Assembly: GCF_009914755.1 (NCBI RefSeq)
Contig: NC_060929.1
Origin: the human T2T-CHM13v2.0 reference genome, Homo sapiens
DNA length: 64,000 bases
Reading direction: 5' to 3' (one strand)
The position numbers and the translations under genes were made by a program. The notes beneath the pieces were generated by a model. That model did no database searches. It was given only the letters and a program-made list of their open reading frames with translations, and was not told the DNA's origin. Shown piece by piece: positions 42,751 to 56,351 of this stretch. Every line of letters starts with the position of its first letter. Within the stretch, counting starts at the first letter, position 1.

Positions 42751-43429
42751 TAACACGCCCTTAATACTTGGTACCTTGTGAATAATAAGATACCTAAATA
42801 TGGTACCTTGTGGATAACAAGGCATATTGTCTTACTTTTTTTATGGAAAAGTCATCTTGGACATTCTCTGAACTTGTGCCCTCTCTTTCTGTTGTCTGCC
42901 CTCTGTGGCTGATAATGCACCCTTTCTGTTCATTCTTACGTGTATATTTGTCTTTTATATGGCTGTCGCTGAGTAAAGCATTTTGGGAATTACAAAAGCT
43001 AAGTATTAGATATAGACCTTGTCTTCAAGATATTTATGCTCCAGCTGGGAAGACAAAACACCCCAAGGTAAAATGGAATAATTTGAGAAGTTAGGCCAAA
43101 TTGTATAGTATTTACTGTTCAGCCAGCAGGAAGATTCATTATTGGCTAGAGACATCAGGAAGGTTTTGTGTAAGAAACTGAGCTGGGCCTTAAAGGATGA
43201 GGATATATTATAACAGCAGAGGAAAAAAGGATGTGGTATTCAGAAAGGGGAGGAGGTATAAACAAAAATATAAAGGTAAGAAATAGTTTGTAGAGGAAAG
43301 TGAGGAGAGACTTACTTGAGGAAGGTTATCTTGGAACTTAATAGGAAATAAGTTTTGAAGGTAGACTATTATCAGATATAATAGATTGTGAACACCAGAC
43401 AGAAGTTATACAGTCTTTGAGAGCATGAG

Positions 43430-43630
43430 CATTAAAAACAAGTACAGATTTGAATTCTGGCATAGGCTCTTGATATGTGTTCTTAGGGAAGTTATCTACT
43501 GTTTTGGAGTTCCATTTTTCTTAACTCAAAAATGAGTAACACCTACCTCATAGGTGGTTGTGAGGATTAAATGAGTTAATATATAGAAAGCATTTACATT
43601 ACGTGAGATATTGTAAGTACTAAATAGATA
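43430..43630 (+). mobile_element. MIR
   Basis: ACCTACCTCATAGGTGGTTGTGAGGATTAAATGAGTTAATATATAGAAAGCATTTA. Confidence 0.75.
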
Positions 43631-43829
43631 TCAGGCTTTCTGAATTTCACATATCAAATACATAAAAAATAAGGGCATATATAGGATTTAAATAATATGC
43701 TGTAGTCAGTTATAGAACTTTATATACTTTTCCTTTTAAAACATTTTTAGTAAAATTTTTATGAAAATTAGTCAAGGCAAACCTTTAAAAATTTTCAGAT
43801 GGTAACAATTTTATAAGCAATAGTCTTCC

Positions 43830-44121
43830 ATTAATCTAATAAGCAATGTATCAATGACAATAAAAAGATGACTCAAAAAGCCTTATATACCTAACAATTG
43901 AGACAGATCTTTGAAGTATCCCCTAGATCAAAGAGGAAATCAAGATGGAAGTCATGAGTTATCTGGAAATAAAGAGGGGAACACTTCATACTAAAACTTG
44001 TGGAATGTAGATAAGGCTGTACTAAGAGAAAAATTGATGTCCTTAAAATTTATATTATTAAGGATGAAACGAATAAGTGAATGTTTAAGTAAAGTAAGGA
44101 AATAAATGAATTAATATTCAC

Positions 44122-44154
<33 letters not shown>

Positions 44155-46130
44155 TTTTGAGACGGAGTCTCACTCTGTCGCCGAGGCTGGAGTGCAGTGT
44201 TGCAATCTCGGCTCACAGCAACCTCCACCTCAAGCGATTCTCCTGTCTTAGCGACCCCACCACCCCACACCATAGCTGGGACTACAGGCGGGTGCCACCA
44301 CGCCCAGCTAATTTTTGTATTGTTAGTAGAGACAGGATTTCACCATGTTGGCCAGGCTGGTCTCAAACTCCTGACCTTGACCTGCCTCGCAAAGTATGGG
44401 GATTACACGCGTGAGCCACCACGCCAGCCTTTCACTTTAAATAACTATTAAAAATAACAAAGTAAACCAAAGGAAAATAAGAGGATATAATTAGTAAAGA
44501 TAAAGAAATTGATAAAATAGAAAATAAAGTAGTGGAAAGTATGTGTTGATGTTTTTGTTTGTTTTGGTAAACACCAATAAAATAAATGAAACCCTAAAAA
44601 GTTTAAAGGAATAAAAGGCAAACAGAACATCAGTGAGAAAAGATACCTTCAGATAAAGAATTTTTAAATGACAGAATATATACAACTCTGACAATACATT
44701 TGAAAAACTAGAGGAAAGAAATAGTTTACTAGTGAACTATTAATGAATAAAATTAATACAAGATGGAGAAAGCATTAAAAGAGTAAATCACAGAAGAAAC
44801 TTTGAAATACTTTAAAAAAATCTTAGCTCTAAAATGGCACCTCTTTTGAGTATCCGTCACTTTGATAAGAAAAAAGAAAAAAGGCACCTTCTGATTTGAA
44901 TTCTAGCTGACTTTCAAAGAATAGACACTATTCAAACTATTCCAGACCATATAAAAAGATGAGATAGCATAAGCTTAATTGAAAACCTTATTTCAAAATA
45001 CTATAAAAATTTAAAACTATACATTTTCTCTTTAAAAATTCTAAGTGAAATATGGAAAAATCAACAGGCTCGTAAAAGCATAAAACATGAACAACTGGGG
45101 TTTATTTCAGGAATGGAGGATAGGTCAACATTCAAAAATCTTATAACTGACTGCATCAAGAAATTAAAAGAGAAACGATATGATTATACAAAAAAGTGCT
45201 ATTTACGTTCAGCAACCACTACTAACAAAAACTTTAAACTCAAAGGAAAATGCCTAAACATGTTTAAAAAATTTACTGAAATCTGAGTAAGAATATTAAA
45301 TAGTGAAATAATATGCCATTCTTATTAAAATCGAGAATAAGATAGTTTATTCGACATTTTAAAGTTTCAAGCTAACAATAAAACGTGAAAAAGAAGTGAG
45401 GTACAAATGCAGGAAAGAAGAGTCACAAGTATCATCACTTACAGATTATATGATTGCATACCCAGAAAATCCACTGGAAACCCTATTGGAATTCATAGAA
45501 TCATTTGATAAGGTGGCCACACAAGGGTTGAGTTAAATAGAATTAGTAGCTTTTATATATACTAGCAATATTTGTTTTTCTTTCTTTCTTTTATTAAGAG
45601 AAGGGGTCACACTGCATTACCCAAGCTGGTCTCACTCAAGTGATCCTCCAGCCCCAGCCTTCCAAAGTGCTTGGATTACAGGCATGAGCCACCACACCTG
45701 GCCATTAGCAGTATTCGATGTGGGGTGGTGGTGGTCATTCACAGCAACTCAAATAGCCAAAAGCCTAGGGATAAATTTGATGTGAAAGATACAGAGGCAT
45801 AGGACCTTTTTCTTGAGGGGGGGAAAACCCTGGAAAATTTGATTGCAGAGGCTAAATTATTCATGAGATATAGTAAGACTTAGTATGGAAATGTGAGCCT
45901 CTCTCAAATTAATATAAATATAGTTACAGTTCTAAGTATGAGAATTGAGCTATAAGAAATACGTTTCCATTCAGTGGAAAAGAAATGGTTTGTTTAATAG
46001 TGCTGATGTAATTGCACTGTTTATTACTACTTTCAGTTATCCATATGAAACACAATAAAGTTAGACCACTACACTCATGCCATACACAGCAATAAAAATG
46101 CCTTATGAATTAAAGATCTAAATGTAAAGT
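43830..46130 (+). mobile_element. Old L1M ORF2-region fragments (sense)
   Basis: A-rich tract with degenerate ORF2 motifs (GGGTTTATTTCAGGAATG, CAGATTATATGATTGCATACCCAGAAAATCC). Many stops. Confidence 0.7.
44122..44429 (-). mobile_element. Alu (AluS) with (TTA)n microsatellite tail
   Basis: (TTA)~10 at 44124-44155 followed by the antisense Alu. Confidence 0.9.
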
Positions 46131-46507
46131 AAAATTTCTTATTCAAGCTAGTGAATTAATCTCCCAAATTTATCACCTCTTTCGCCTAAGACCCCATTAA
46201 AGTGATAGTAAAAACAAAATAAAGATGGGAGCTTACAATGCCATAAAGAGTAAGAGACATTCAAATTGACATTGTAACAAGTTTCTGGAAGATGAAGAAA
46301 TCGTGGGAATTAAAATGGATCACTGAAAAGAAATCAAGGATTCTAAGACTTCCTAGTTCTCTGTTCTTTCCAACATGGCAGGTTGGAAATTTAGTATTTA
46401 AAAGTAAAATACTAATTTTAGTATTAGGAATTTCTCAATGGCCTTTGAAATTATTTGGGTTACCTTGGGGTGTTTGAAAACCCAAATTAGGAAATTATGC
46501 TTTAGAC

Positions 46508-46685
46508 CACCTGTTTTTGTAAATTAAGTTTTATTAGAGCATGGGCATGCCCATCTATTTATGTGTTTGGGGCTGCTTTTGTGCTACAGCTACAAAGTCA
46601 AGTAGTTGCAACAGAAATCATACGACCCACAAAGCCTTATAATATTTATTATCTGGCCCTTACAGAAAATGCTTGCCAACCCCCG
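46508..46685. mobile_element. MER58A-like hAT-Charlie element
   Basis: CCACCTGTTTTTGTAAATTAAGTTTTATT...TTTATTATCTGGCCCTTACAGAAAATGCTTGCCAACCCC. Confidence 0.8.
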
Positions 46686-47160
46686 CTCCTGGTCGTTGGG
46701 ATGGGCATCTTGAGACCTGCCCACACGTGGTATGGGCTTGGATAGGTCTAGCCAGTGTTATGTAGCTATTTACAGAATGTAAGCAAAGGAAAGTGTGGGG
46801 AAAGAATATGGCAAACAGAAAACTGAATATCACCACCTAATGGGGCCTTAGTAGGGAAGAGAAAGAGAAATAGAAAAGGGTTGTTAAAGAGAAAATTAAA
46901 ATGGATGAGGTGAATTCTGCTTGGAATTTAAAACTTTTTGGTATATTATTGATTTTGTATCTGGCAAGCCTAAAATTTTTATATTTCTAAGATGTTTCTA
47001 TTTTGTTTCTTTCCAATGATAACACTTTCTCTTTTTTAAATTTTACTGTGTGAATTAGGACTTCCAGGATTATGTTGACTGGAAGTGTGGATAGTAGACA
47101 TCTTATTCCTGATTTTAAAGAGAATGTCTGTAACATTTCACTATGAAGAATGAAGTTTAT

Positions 47161-47563
47161 AGCTGGGTGTGGAGCGCCTGTAATCCCAGCAGTTTGGGAG
47201 GTGGAGGCGGGCGGATCACTTGAGGTCAGGAGTTTGAGACCAGCCTGGCCAACAGGTAAAACCCCATCTCTGTAATCCCAGCTACTCGGGAGGCTGAGGG
47301 ATGAGAATTGCTTGAACCTGGGAGGTTACAGTGAGCCCAGATCATGCCACTGCACTCCAGCCTGGGCAACAGAGCAAGACTCCATCTATTTAAAAAACAA
47401 AAAAAAGAATGAGGTTTACAAAATTAGCTGGGCATGTTGGCTTGTGTCTGTAGTCCCAGTTACTCTAGAGGCTGAAGCAGGAGGGTTACTTGAGACTTGA
47501 GCCAGGGAGGTCAAGGCTGCGGTAAGCCTAGGTGACAGAGTAAAACCCTGTCTCAGAAAAAAA
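47161..47563 (+). mobile_element. Two adjacent sense Alus (47161-47406 internally deleted; 47418-47563 right arm only)
   Basis: Alu arms separated and flanked by three copies of AAGAATGA(A/G)GTTT. Confidence 0.85.
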
Positions 47564-48040
47564 GAATGAAGTTTGCTTTAGCTCTGACAGTTTCCCTCCT
47601 ATTTCCAGGTTTTTATGGAAAGTTTTTTCTTTGTCTAAGATGGTTTTTCTTTAGTATTTTAATGTAGCGAGTGACACATATAAATGATCTTATATTGCAC
47701 TCTACTCGCATTCCTGGAATAAACTCAGCTTTGTTCTGCTGTAGTTTCTTTACTGTATGTTATTGTATTCTGCTTCCTGATAATCTCGTTTAGATTTTTC
47801 AAATCAACATTTGTAAATATTAGCTTATGATTATTCTTTTTCACACAATCTTTGACCTGTATGTCATGGTTAGATTGGCTTCATGGAATGCATTGGAAAA
47901 TATTTGCTATTTTTCCATCCTTAGAAGCATTTGTATAAGATTGGAATGATTTGTTCCTTAAAAGTTTGGTAGAAGGTGTTTGTAAAACCATTCAGATACG
48001 GTATTTTGAAGGATTTGGAGGAGGAGGGGAAAGATATTAA

Positions 48041-48840
<800 letters not shown>

Positions 48841-51800
48841 AATGCTTTGCTTTTCAAACTCTTCAAAGGGTATGTAATAAAAAGGAAGGCTTACCACCAG
48901 ACACCATACCTTGATTCTATAAGCAGTGACTGTATTTTTGTATGTTCTTTAAGTGATATTTTTTATCCTTATGCACTCCTTTATTTTTACTGGAAGAGGA
49001 GGGACCACATGAGGCATTAGTGATGAGCATTCTTTTTTTTTTTCATGGCTTTTGCCTGTTTTTTATGTTTGTTTGTTTGTTTTGTTTTTCATCAACCTCA
49101 TTTTTACATCAGCCTCATTCTTCTTAATACCAATGTAGTATTTCACTGTACAGATGTGCATTATTTATTTTAACGTAGTTGTGCTTTTATAGCAAATAGA
49201 AACTTTCCCATTTGTTTGAAGTACCCTAAGAATCTCCTTTATTACTCCTAGTCTAGTAACGGACATCATTACTTTAGAGAACTCTACTTGGCCCTCTGTG
49301 TGTCTTACACCCATTAAACAAATTAAAATTAAAATGTTCCATACCATCCTTTGAAGAGGGTGTACACCATTTAAATATCTTTACTTAAAAAAATAAAAGT
49401 CTGCTCTCATAAGCAATGAAATGTTTTTCAAACATTTAAATCTCTGTTCCTTTTTGCAAGTTATCCTAGTGTGTTGTATGAGGAATAGATGCAGTTTTTT
49501 CTTTTTCCTCATGGCTGTCCTATTTCCCAGCACCACTTTAAATTCCATCTTTTTACAAGTATTGAGATGCTACTTTAATCATATACTGAATTTATATATA
49601 TTTACTTCTGGATTTTAAACATTGTGTTCTCGTGGTTGATCTATTCATGTACTGGTATTGTAGCTTTTTAAAAAACTTTTAATTTTAAATAACTTTGGAC
49701 TTACAGAAGAGTTGGAAAAATAGTACAGAGAGTTTCTATATACCTTTTACAGATTCCCCAGATGATTAACATCTTATATATCTGTACTACAATTATCAAA
49801 ACAAAAAAACTAATCTATTGGTACAATATAGTTAACTACATTTATATGGTTTTAATTATAAAGGCTTTGTACAATATTTTAATATGTTGTTGGTTTACTC
49901 CCTGCTCTTCTTTCATATTTTCAATTTTTTAAATGTCTAGCTGCAGAAAATAAACAAAAGCTTTATATAGTATTTTTACTGGGACTGTAAAATTTATAAG
50001 TTAGCTTAGGGAGAAATGGCATTTTTATGTTGCTGAATCTTGGTATACCAGAATAAGAAACGTCTTTCCATTTGTTGAAGTCTACTTTTCTATCTTTCTC
50101 ATATATGTTTTGGACTCTTTTTGTAGTTTATGCCCAGATATTTGCATTTTTTATTGTAAATGGGATCTTTTCTTTCATTTATCTTCTGTCTGGTTTCTCT
50201 CCCCTATAAAGGAATGATTTCTGTATATTTTGTACTATACTGTATTGCCAAATTATATTATTATAATAATATTTCATCGATGCTTTTGTATATTCCAGGT
50301 ATATAATTGTGTTATCTGTGAATAATGTTCCCTTTCTAATTTTTTTCTAATTTTATTCATTAATTTGTGTTGACTAATATTATGACTAATAGAATGGTAC
50401 CCTGACTGTAGGACTATATCCAGTGTTTCCACATTAAGTATGCTGTTGGCCTTGGGGTTGATAGATCATGTTAAAGAAATGTTCTTTTTTATTCAGTATT
50501 TTCAACAAGAATGGGTATTAAATTTGTAAAGTGTCTTTTCCTCATCTTTGGCATGAACATATGATTTTTTCCCATATCTATTATGTTAAATGATATAATT
50601 AATTTTCTAATAGTGACTTTTTCATTGTAAATTATATTTTTCATCTCTTTTGGGATCAGTTCTGATAGATTATATCTTCTAGTAAATTATTTTGGGTTTT
50701 CAAATTTGTTTGCATAGAGTTGAGCAGAGTCATCTTTTATGATTCTTTTGCTTTCCTGCCTTCTTATTCATATTTTCCTCATTTCATCTAAAAATGCTGG
50801 AAAATATATCTTTGTTTTTCCATGAAAACAAAACAATAAAAGCAGCTCCATTAATGTAAAAAAGAAGTGATCTCAAACTTCTGAAAATAATAATCCTCCA
50901 CATTTAATTCTGATTATCTTTTGCCAGCCTGAAATTTTTTGCTTCCTTGCTTTAATTTCTTACATTACTTGTAAATTTATTTTCTAATGAACATTTGAAT
51001 AAAAGTCTAGATAATAGTCCTTGTGCTTTCTTCTCCCCTACCCCACACTTACAAGGTGCAGCAGTGTCTTTAGTGGTCATCTTAACTGCAGAAAAACAAA
51101 TTGAGAGGTTTGCATGCTCTCAGTAAAGTGAAAGATTGGGAGGTTTTCCCCATTTCATGGTGTGTGGCAGCTGTAATGTGATCACACAAGTTTCAAATTT
51201 GAAAAATGTTTTAAAGATATATTTGGTATGCAATTCGTGTAATTGCAAAAAAGGCATTCCAAAGTAAATTTATGACTTCACAAATTTTGTATGACTTCAC
51301 AAGTTTTGGATTAGGGAGGTATGGCTGCAGCATCCTAAAACAATATAAGGTTGGGTATTCTTCCATGAAACTTGTTATTTTTTCCATAAAATTAGATTCT
51401 TTCTAGAGCAGAAAGAACTTTAATGATTGGGAATCTGGAGTTAAGGGAAAAAAAGATGATTAAAAGTTTAATTGTTCATCTGAAGAGTTGATTTTTTTAT
51501 TCCTGTAATAAAGGGTACTTTTAGCAGTCTCTGCTCATCTTGCCCATCCGGCTCTTTTTGTGGTTGTGTAAGGTTATAACTTCTGTGTCTCAGTAAACTT
51601 GTGCATGCCCATTTTTTTCTCTGTTACTACCTTTTCTCTTATTTTGTTTTATTATTTTGATGTAAAATTACCTGTTAATTTTATTTGAAATGAGAAATTT
51701 TAAGGTTCACATTATTCAAATTCTGTCAGATCCCTACCTCTGTCATATGGTTTATAATGTGCTGGGTATTTTCAGACCTGCTTATTAAAAAGATGTAAAA

Positions 51801-53453
51801 CAAAATAATGATCACTCCTGTGGATTTTTCCTTTATTTTTGAGATGTCTCCTTTGGCTGCATTACTTCTTCACCCCTTGCCCATTGATCAGAGGAGGGGT
51901 CTTAACTATGGGTGAACCCTATATCTTACTGAAGAGGTTATGTTACATGTATATTTTCATAATATAACTTACATTTACATAGTACTTTTATTTTTAGCAT
52001 ACCTTTTTTTATTAATCCTAATAATATCACTGTAAGTTATGTTGAAGCAGATTGTAAGTGTTCATTTACAAATTGTGAAATGAATTAAAATGAAAGGGCA
52101 AAGATTAAATCATGACCAGGCCTGAAATTAACACACAAGACTCAATTTTTTTCAACCAAAGACTTCTGTAGGTGATCCCTGCCTGCAGGACTCCCCTTCC
52201 TCCTCAGATGTCATTGGATTGTACCAGGTTTACTGTAGATTCTAGCCGTTGTAGAACTAACTAGATCTAAGATGAGTCCCCTGATTTCCTTTGGTAGAGT
52301 CTTCCAATTGCTGAACTCCAATATTGTCGTGACTAGCCAGTGTTACAACCTGTCTGCCTTATTCTGTGTAATGGATTTCATATTACAGAGGCATTTTTTT
52401 AATGTCAAGATGTTTAAGTATTGCTTAAGTGCAAACTACTTAATACTTTTTAGCTATTAAGTAATTAAGATAGGCAGGATTTTATTTGTTCCAAAATGAT
52501 TTGACCTAAACTAAAAAGAGAATGTGGATCTCCTGAATCTTACTTGGTTAATCTTAATATAACTCCTAGCATTCTATAATTCTTCCTAAAGTCCTCTTAC
52601 CTGGCTATCTTTTGTATCTTCTTTGTCTCTCCTCTTCTTTCCCAGTCATAATAACTGCCAGACTCTGCTTCATTTCTCTTTGACAGTCTCTACTCCTAAG
52701 GTCATCCATTCTCTTTAGGTATCTTTTGGCCTCAGTTTGAGCACAGCAGATCCCAAGACCACATATGCCATAGCATAGGCTATTATAGTCAACCTTTTGA
52801 ATAAATGTGATTGAACTTTATGTTAGTAATTCTTATTTACCATCTTCCTATCAAAAAGGCTTAAAGTCTTCATTTAATGCTCTCCTTCATGTCCATTTTG
52901 TTAAATGATTGCCTTTTAATGACATCTTAGAACTTCAGAACTATTTCACCATGGAGGATGTGTAAGATTAGCCTTTTATCAAATAAAAAGTGTGAAATGG
53001 AATATGTAATCTCATTAATCCATTCTGGCTCTAAAATTCTGTGACTATCAGATAAAATTCAGAAATAAAATAGTATTACTAATATAAATAAATTTTTATC
53101 ATAATTATATTTCCTAAGTTTTGCCTGTAAGAATGGGTAAAATATCTTTAAAACCTTGAAGAAATTATTACTTGATAGAAAGTTTAATCCATCTGTGAGA
53201 AGGCAAATGTATTCAGACACAACTAAAGTTCTCTCTTCTATTTTAATTTCATTTATCTTGAACTAAGACTCCACTGTTTCATCCTCTTAGATGCTGCTAC
53301 TTGAACAATATTGTTTTGAGACCAAAAACTAGCATATTAACACAATTCTTCTTAAACGTCTTAAGAGTTTTGTTTCCTTTACCCCTTTCTTTAAAAACAA
53401 GCAGCCACTAAATTTTTTAGTAGTGAATTTCAAAATCCTTTTTAACCTTATAG

Positions 53454-53606
53454 GTCCAAGGGTAGCCAAGGATGGCTGCAGCTTCATATGATCAGTTGTT
53501 AAAGCAAGTTGAGGCACTGAAGATGGAGAACTCAAATCTTCGACAAGAGCTAGAAGATAATTCCAATCATCTTACAAAACTGGAAACTGAGGCATCTAAT
53601 ATGAAG
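53454..53606 (+). other. APC: APC first canonical coding exon (153 nt; 18 nt UTR + 135 nt CDS)
   Basis: Acceptor CCTTATAG|GTCCAAG at 53454 and donor ATGAAG|GTATCA at 53607. Confidence 0.97.
53472..53606 (+). CDS. APC: APC codons 1-45, N-terminal homodimerisation coiled coil (MAAASYDQLLKQVEALKMENSNLRQELEDNSNHLTKLETEASNMK)
   Basis: Manual translation from AGGATGG (Kozak -3A, +4G) gives the canonical APC N-terminus with heptad leucines. Phase-0 donor. Too short to appear in the ORF track. Confidence 0.98.
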
Positions 53607-54409
53607 GTATCAAGACTGTGACTTTTAATTGTAGTTTATCCATTTTTATTCAGTATTCCCTCTTGTAAACTTGAGGTAAGACACTTTACTTAAAAGTGTA
53701 TTTTAAATTAAGCAATAATATGTAAACTCTTTCTTGCAAAAGTTAGCATTTATATTTTTAAATAAGATATATTGAATTCATTCAGTGAATCATATAAAGA
53801 AAATAAGTGTAAAACTCCAATGGCTAGTTAGTTCTTAGTTCTTTTTAAGATTAAAGAGAAGAGACCAAATATAGCATCACTGTACTGAGGCAAGGTTTTC
53901 TGTGTAGTTCATAGAAACTAGCCTCATGATTTTAGAATATGCCTTGAATATTAAGTGTAGCCTTCCTCCCCAACTCCCTCAGATCTTGCCACCCCTTAAG
54001 TGCTGCAGTGATAGGTGATCAAGAAAATCAGGATACCCTACTGGGAAGAGCCATGAACTGAAAGTCAGTACCTGGTTCTATCCCTGGCTTTCCCACAAAC
54101 TGAGCTATATGACCTCTGTATATTCTTCAGAACTTAAGTTGTCTTATTTGGCAAGTACAGGCATCACACTAGTCTAGATGATTTCCATGGCACCTTCAAG
54201 CCCTAAAATTGGCTTGCCAAATAGTACTGAAAAGTTCTGATCACCTCCAAGACAGGTTAGAAAATCGTCTATAGTGGGGAAAATGTTCTGGTTTCAAAAT
54301 AATTGAGGTTAAAACTTTAGCCATTTTAATTCCCACTTAGGCAGATTCTCTTCTGACTGAATTTAATAACTTCATAGAATTGGACATTATCAACAAAAAT
54401 ATTACTTCC

Positions 54410-54540
54410 ACCGGGTGTGATGGCTCAGGCCTGTAATCCCAGCTCTTAGTGAGGCAGAGGCAGGAGGATAGCTTGAGCCAAGGAGCTCGAGACCTGCCTG
54501 GGCAATATAGCAAGACCCCATTCTCAAAAAAAAAAAAAAA
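54410..54540 (+). pseudogene. BC200 (BCYRN1)-derived retrocopy, Alu-monomer domain plus A tail
   Basis: Carries BC200-diagnostic positions that differ from FLAM/Alu consensus: CCCAGCTCT, GGATAGCTTGAGCC, GAGACCTGCCTGGGCAATATAGC, CCCCATTCTC. A15 tail and TSD ATTACTTCC (54401-54409, 54540-54548). Confidence 0.8.
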
Positions 54541-55396
54541 TTACTTCCTTTATAAAAAAAAAAATCTTCCTGCTTTGTGTTGTTTCTGCCTCTTGGCTAT
54601 TTTAACATTTGAGTTCCTGGTCCAGTTCTTCCTGTCTGTTCACTACTCTTATTCCTTACTAATTTCCTATTCTATCCTAGTTTTTTTCCTATGCATTTCA
54701 AGGTTTCCCTTATTCTCCAGACTTTTGTGTGTCACTGAGGTAACTGTTTCTGCTTCTCTTTTACCCTTTATATTCAGTATCATCACAGCTCAACCTTTGC
54801 TCATGTGTCCTATTCTCTTTTTCCATCCCTCTATCAATCTTTTCTACTCTAATTAGCCTCTTCTGTGGTAAAACTGTCCCCAGCAATGACAGACATCCAA
54901 TATACCTACTTCAAATCCCTTGGGAAATAAGGTAGACTATAAACAAACATTTTATTCTTTCCACAAACTATGGGTGACCTAAAAAGACTTGCATTAGTTG
55001 CCTAACAGGTTAAAAAAGAGTAGTTTGGTATTTTAACATTGATCAACACATTACATTTCAAATCATTATACTTGGCATGTGTTTTTAAAAGTTTTAAAAT
55101 ACAGAATTAAAATATTCTTTCATCTACTTTAGTATGGTATATTTCGCAGAGAACTCCTCCTGGCAGGCCTGTTTAGATAGTACATGTCTGTTTTGTAGTG
55201 TAGAACTCTGAGATCTCTTTTTTAAAGTTTGTTTAATTCCTTAAGCAATTCAAAACTCATATTTGAGAGACAATGTAACTTACCCGTAGATCCATCTCCA
55301 CACTGAAGTGGAATGTCTGTCAGAGTGACAATAGAAGTCACACCCTCAAATTTCTACAGTGGAATATCTAGTTGATCATTTATATGTGTGGTATAA

Positions 55397-55632
55397 TACA
55401 AGTTGAGTATCCCTTACCCAAAATTGCTTCAGGCCAGAAGTGTTTTGGATTTTATATTTTTTCAGATTTTTAAATACTTGTATTATACTTCTTGAGCATT
55501 CCTAATTCGAAAATCCAAAATCTGAAATGCTCCATTGAGCATTTCGTTTGAGTGTCATGTTGGTGCTCAGAAAGCTCAAGACTTTGGAGCATTTCAGACT
55601 TCAAATTTTCGGATTTAGAATGCTCAACCTAT
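55397..55632. mobile_element. Tigger4/MER46-like TcMar-Tigger element
   Basis: TACAAGTTGAGTATCCC...GAATGCTCAACCTATA inverted termini with TA ends and AAAATCCAAAATCTGAAATGCTCCA. Confidence 0.8.
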
Positions 55633-56032
55633 ATACATCAGGAATAGTGGCACTTCAGATATACCTGAAACCAACCATAAATTTTATTTTACTCAGCATG
55701 TGCTTCAACAGACATCTTGTGAATCCATTAACATATTTCCTTAGAATTGGACATGTGGTACCATAACAATTACAGCCCTGTAATGAAATTATATCTCTTT
55801 TTAAGGTTTTATGCTGTGAAAGAGCATAAACCATGAGCTATTTATTTTGTCTTAGAATATTGTTTTGTGTAGACACTTTTGAAACCATTGGCACTTCCTA
55901 CTGTGGATTAAAATTAATCCACACAATGGTTATTTCTCCCAAAATCACTTGCTAGACTTTGTAATACCTTATATAAACTCGAATCACGTTTCCTGTTCAT
56001 TAATCTCTTTACCCCCAAAAAAGGCAAAAGGA

Positions 56033-56305
56033 GGCTGGGCACCGTGGCTCATACCTATAATCCTAGCACTTTCGGAGGCCAAGCAGAAAGATTGTTTGAG
56101 CTCAGGAATTTGAGACCAGCCTGGGCAACATGGCAAGACTCTGTTTCTGCAAAAAAATACAAAAATTAGCCAGGTGTGGCGTATATCTGTGGTCCCAGCT
56201 ACTTGGAAGGCTGAGGTGGGAAGATTGTACTCCAGCCTGGGCAAAAGAGCCAGACCTGGTCTGTCTGAAAAACAAAAACAAAAACAAAACAAAAAACAGC
56301 AAAAA
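56033..56305 (+). mobile_element. Alu (AluJ-like, right arm partly deleted)
   Basis: Sense Alu with (CAAAAA)n tail. Confidence 0.88.
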
Positions 56306-56351
56306 GTAGGTCTCCTCCAACCGGATTACTTAAAGTCTAAAATTTATGTAG

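Noticed and set aside
43830-46130. Possible L1 ORF2 coding sequence
   Set aside because: Heavily degenerate with frequent stops and Alu interruptions; not retrotransposition competent.
51000-53400. Apparently repeat-poor stretch that might hide a processed pseudogene, RNA gene or extra exon
   Set aside because: No credible ORF, poly(A)/TSD signature or recognisable ncRNA by eye. Needs conservation data.
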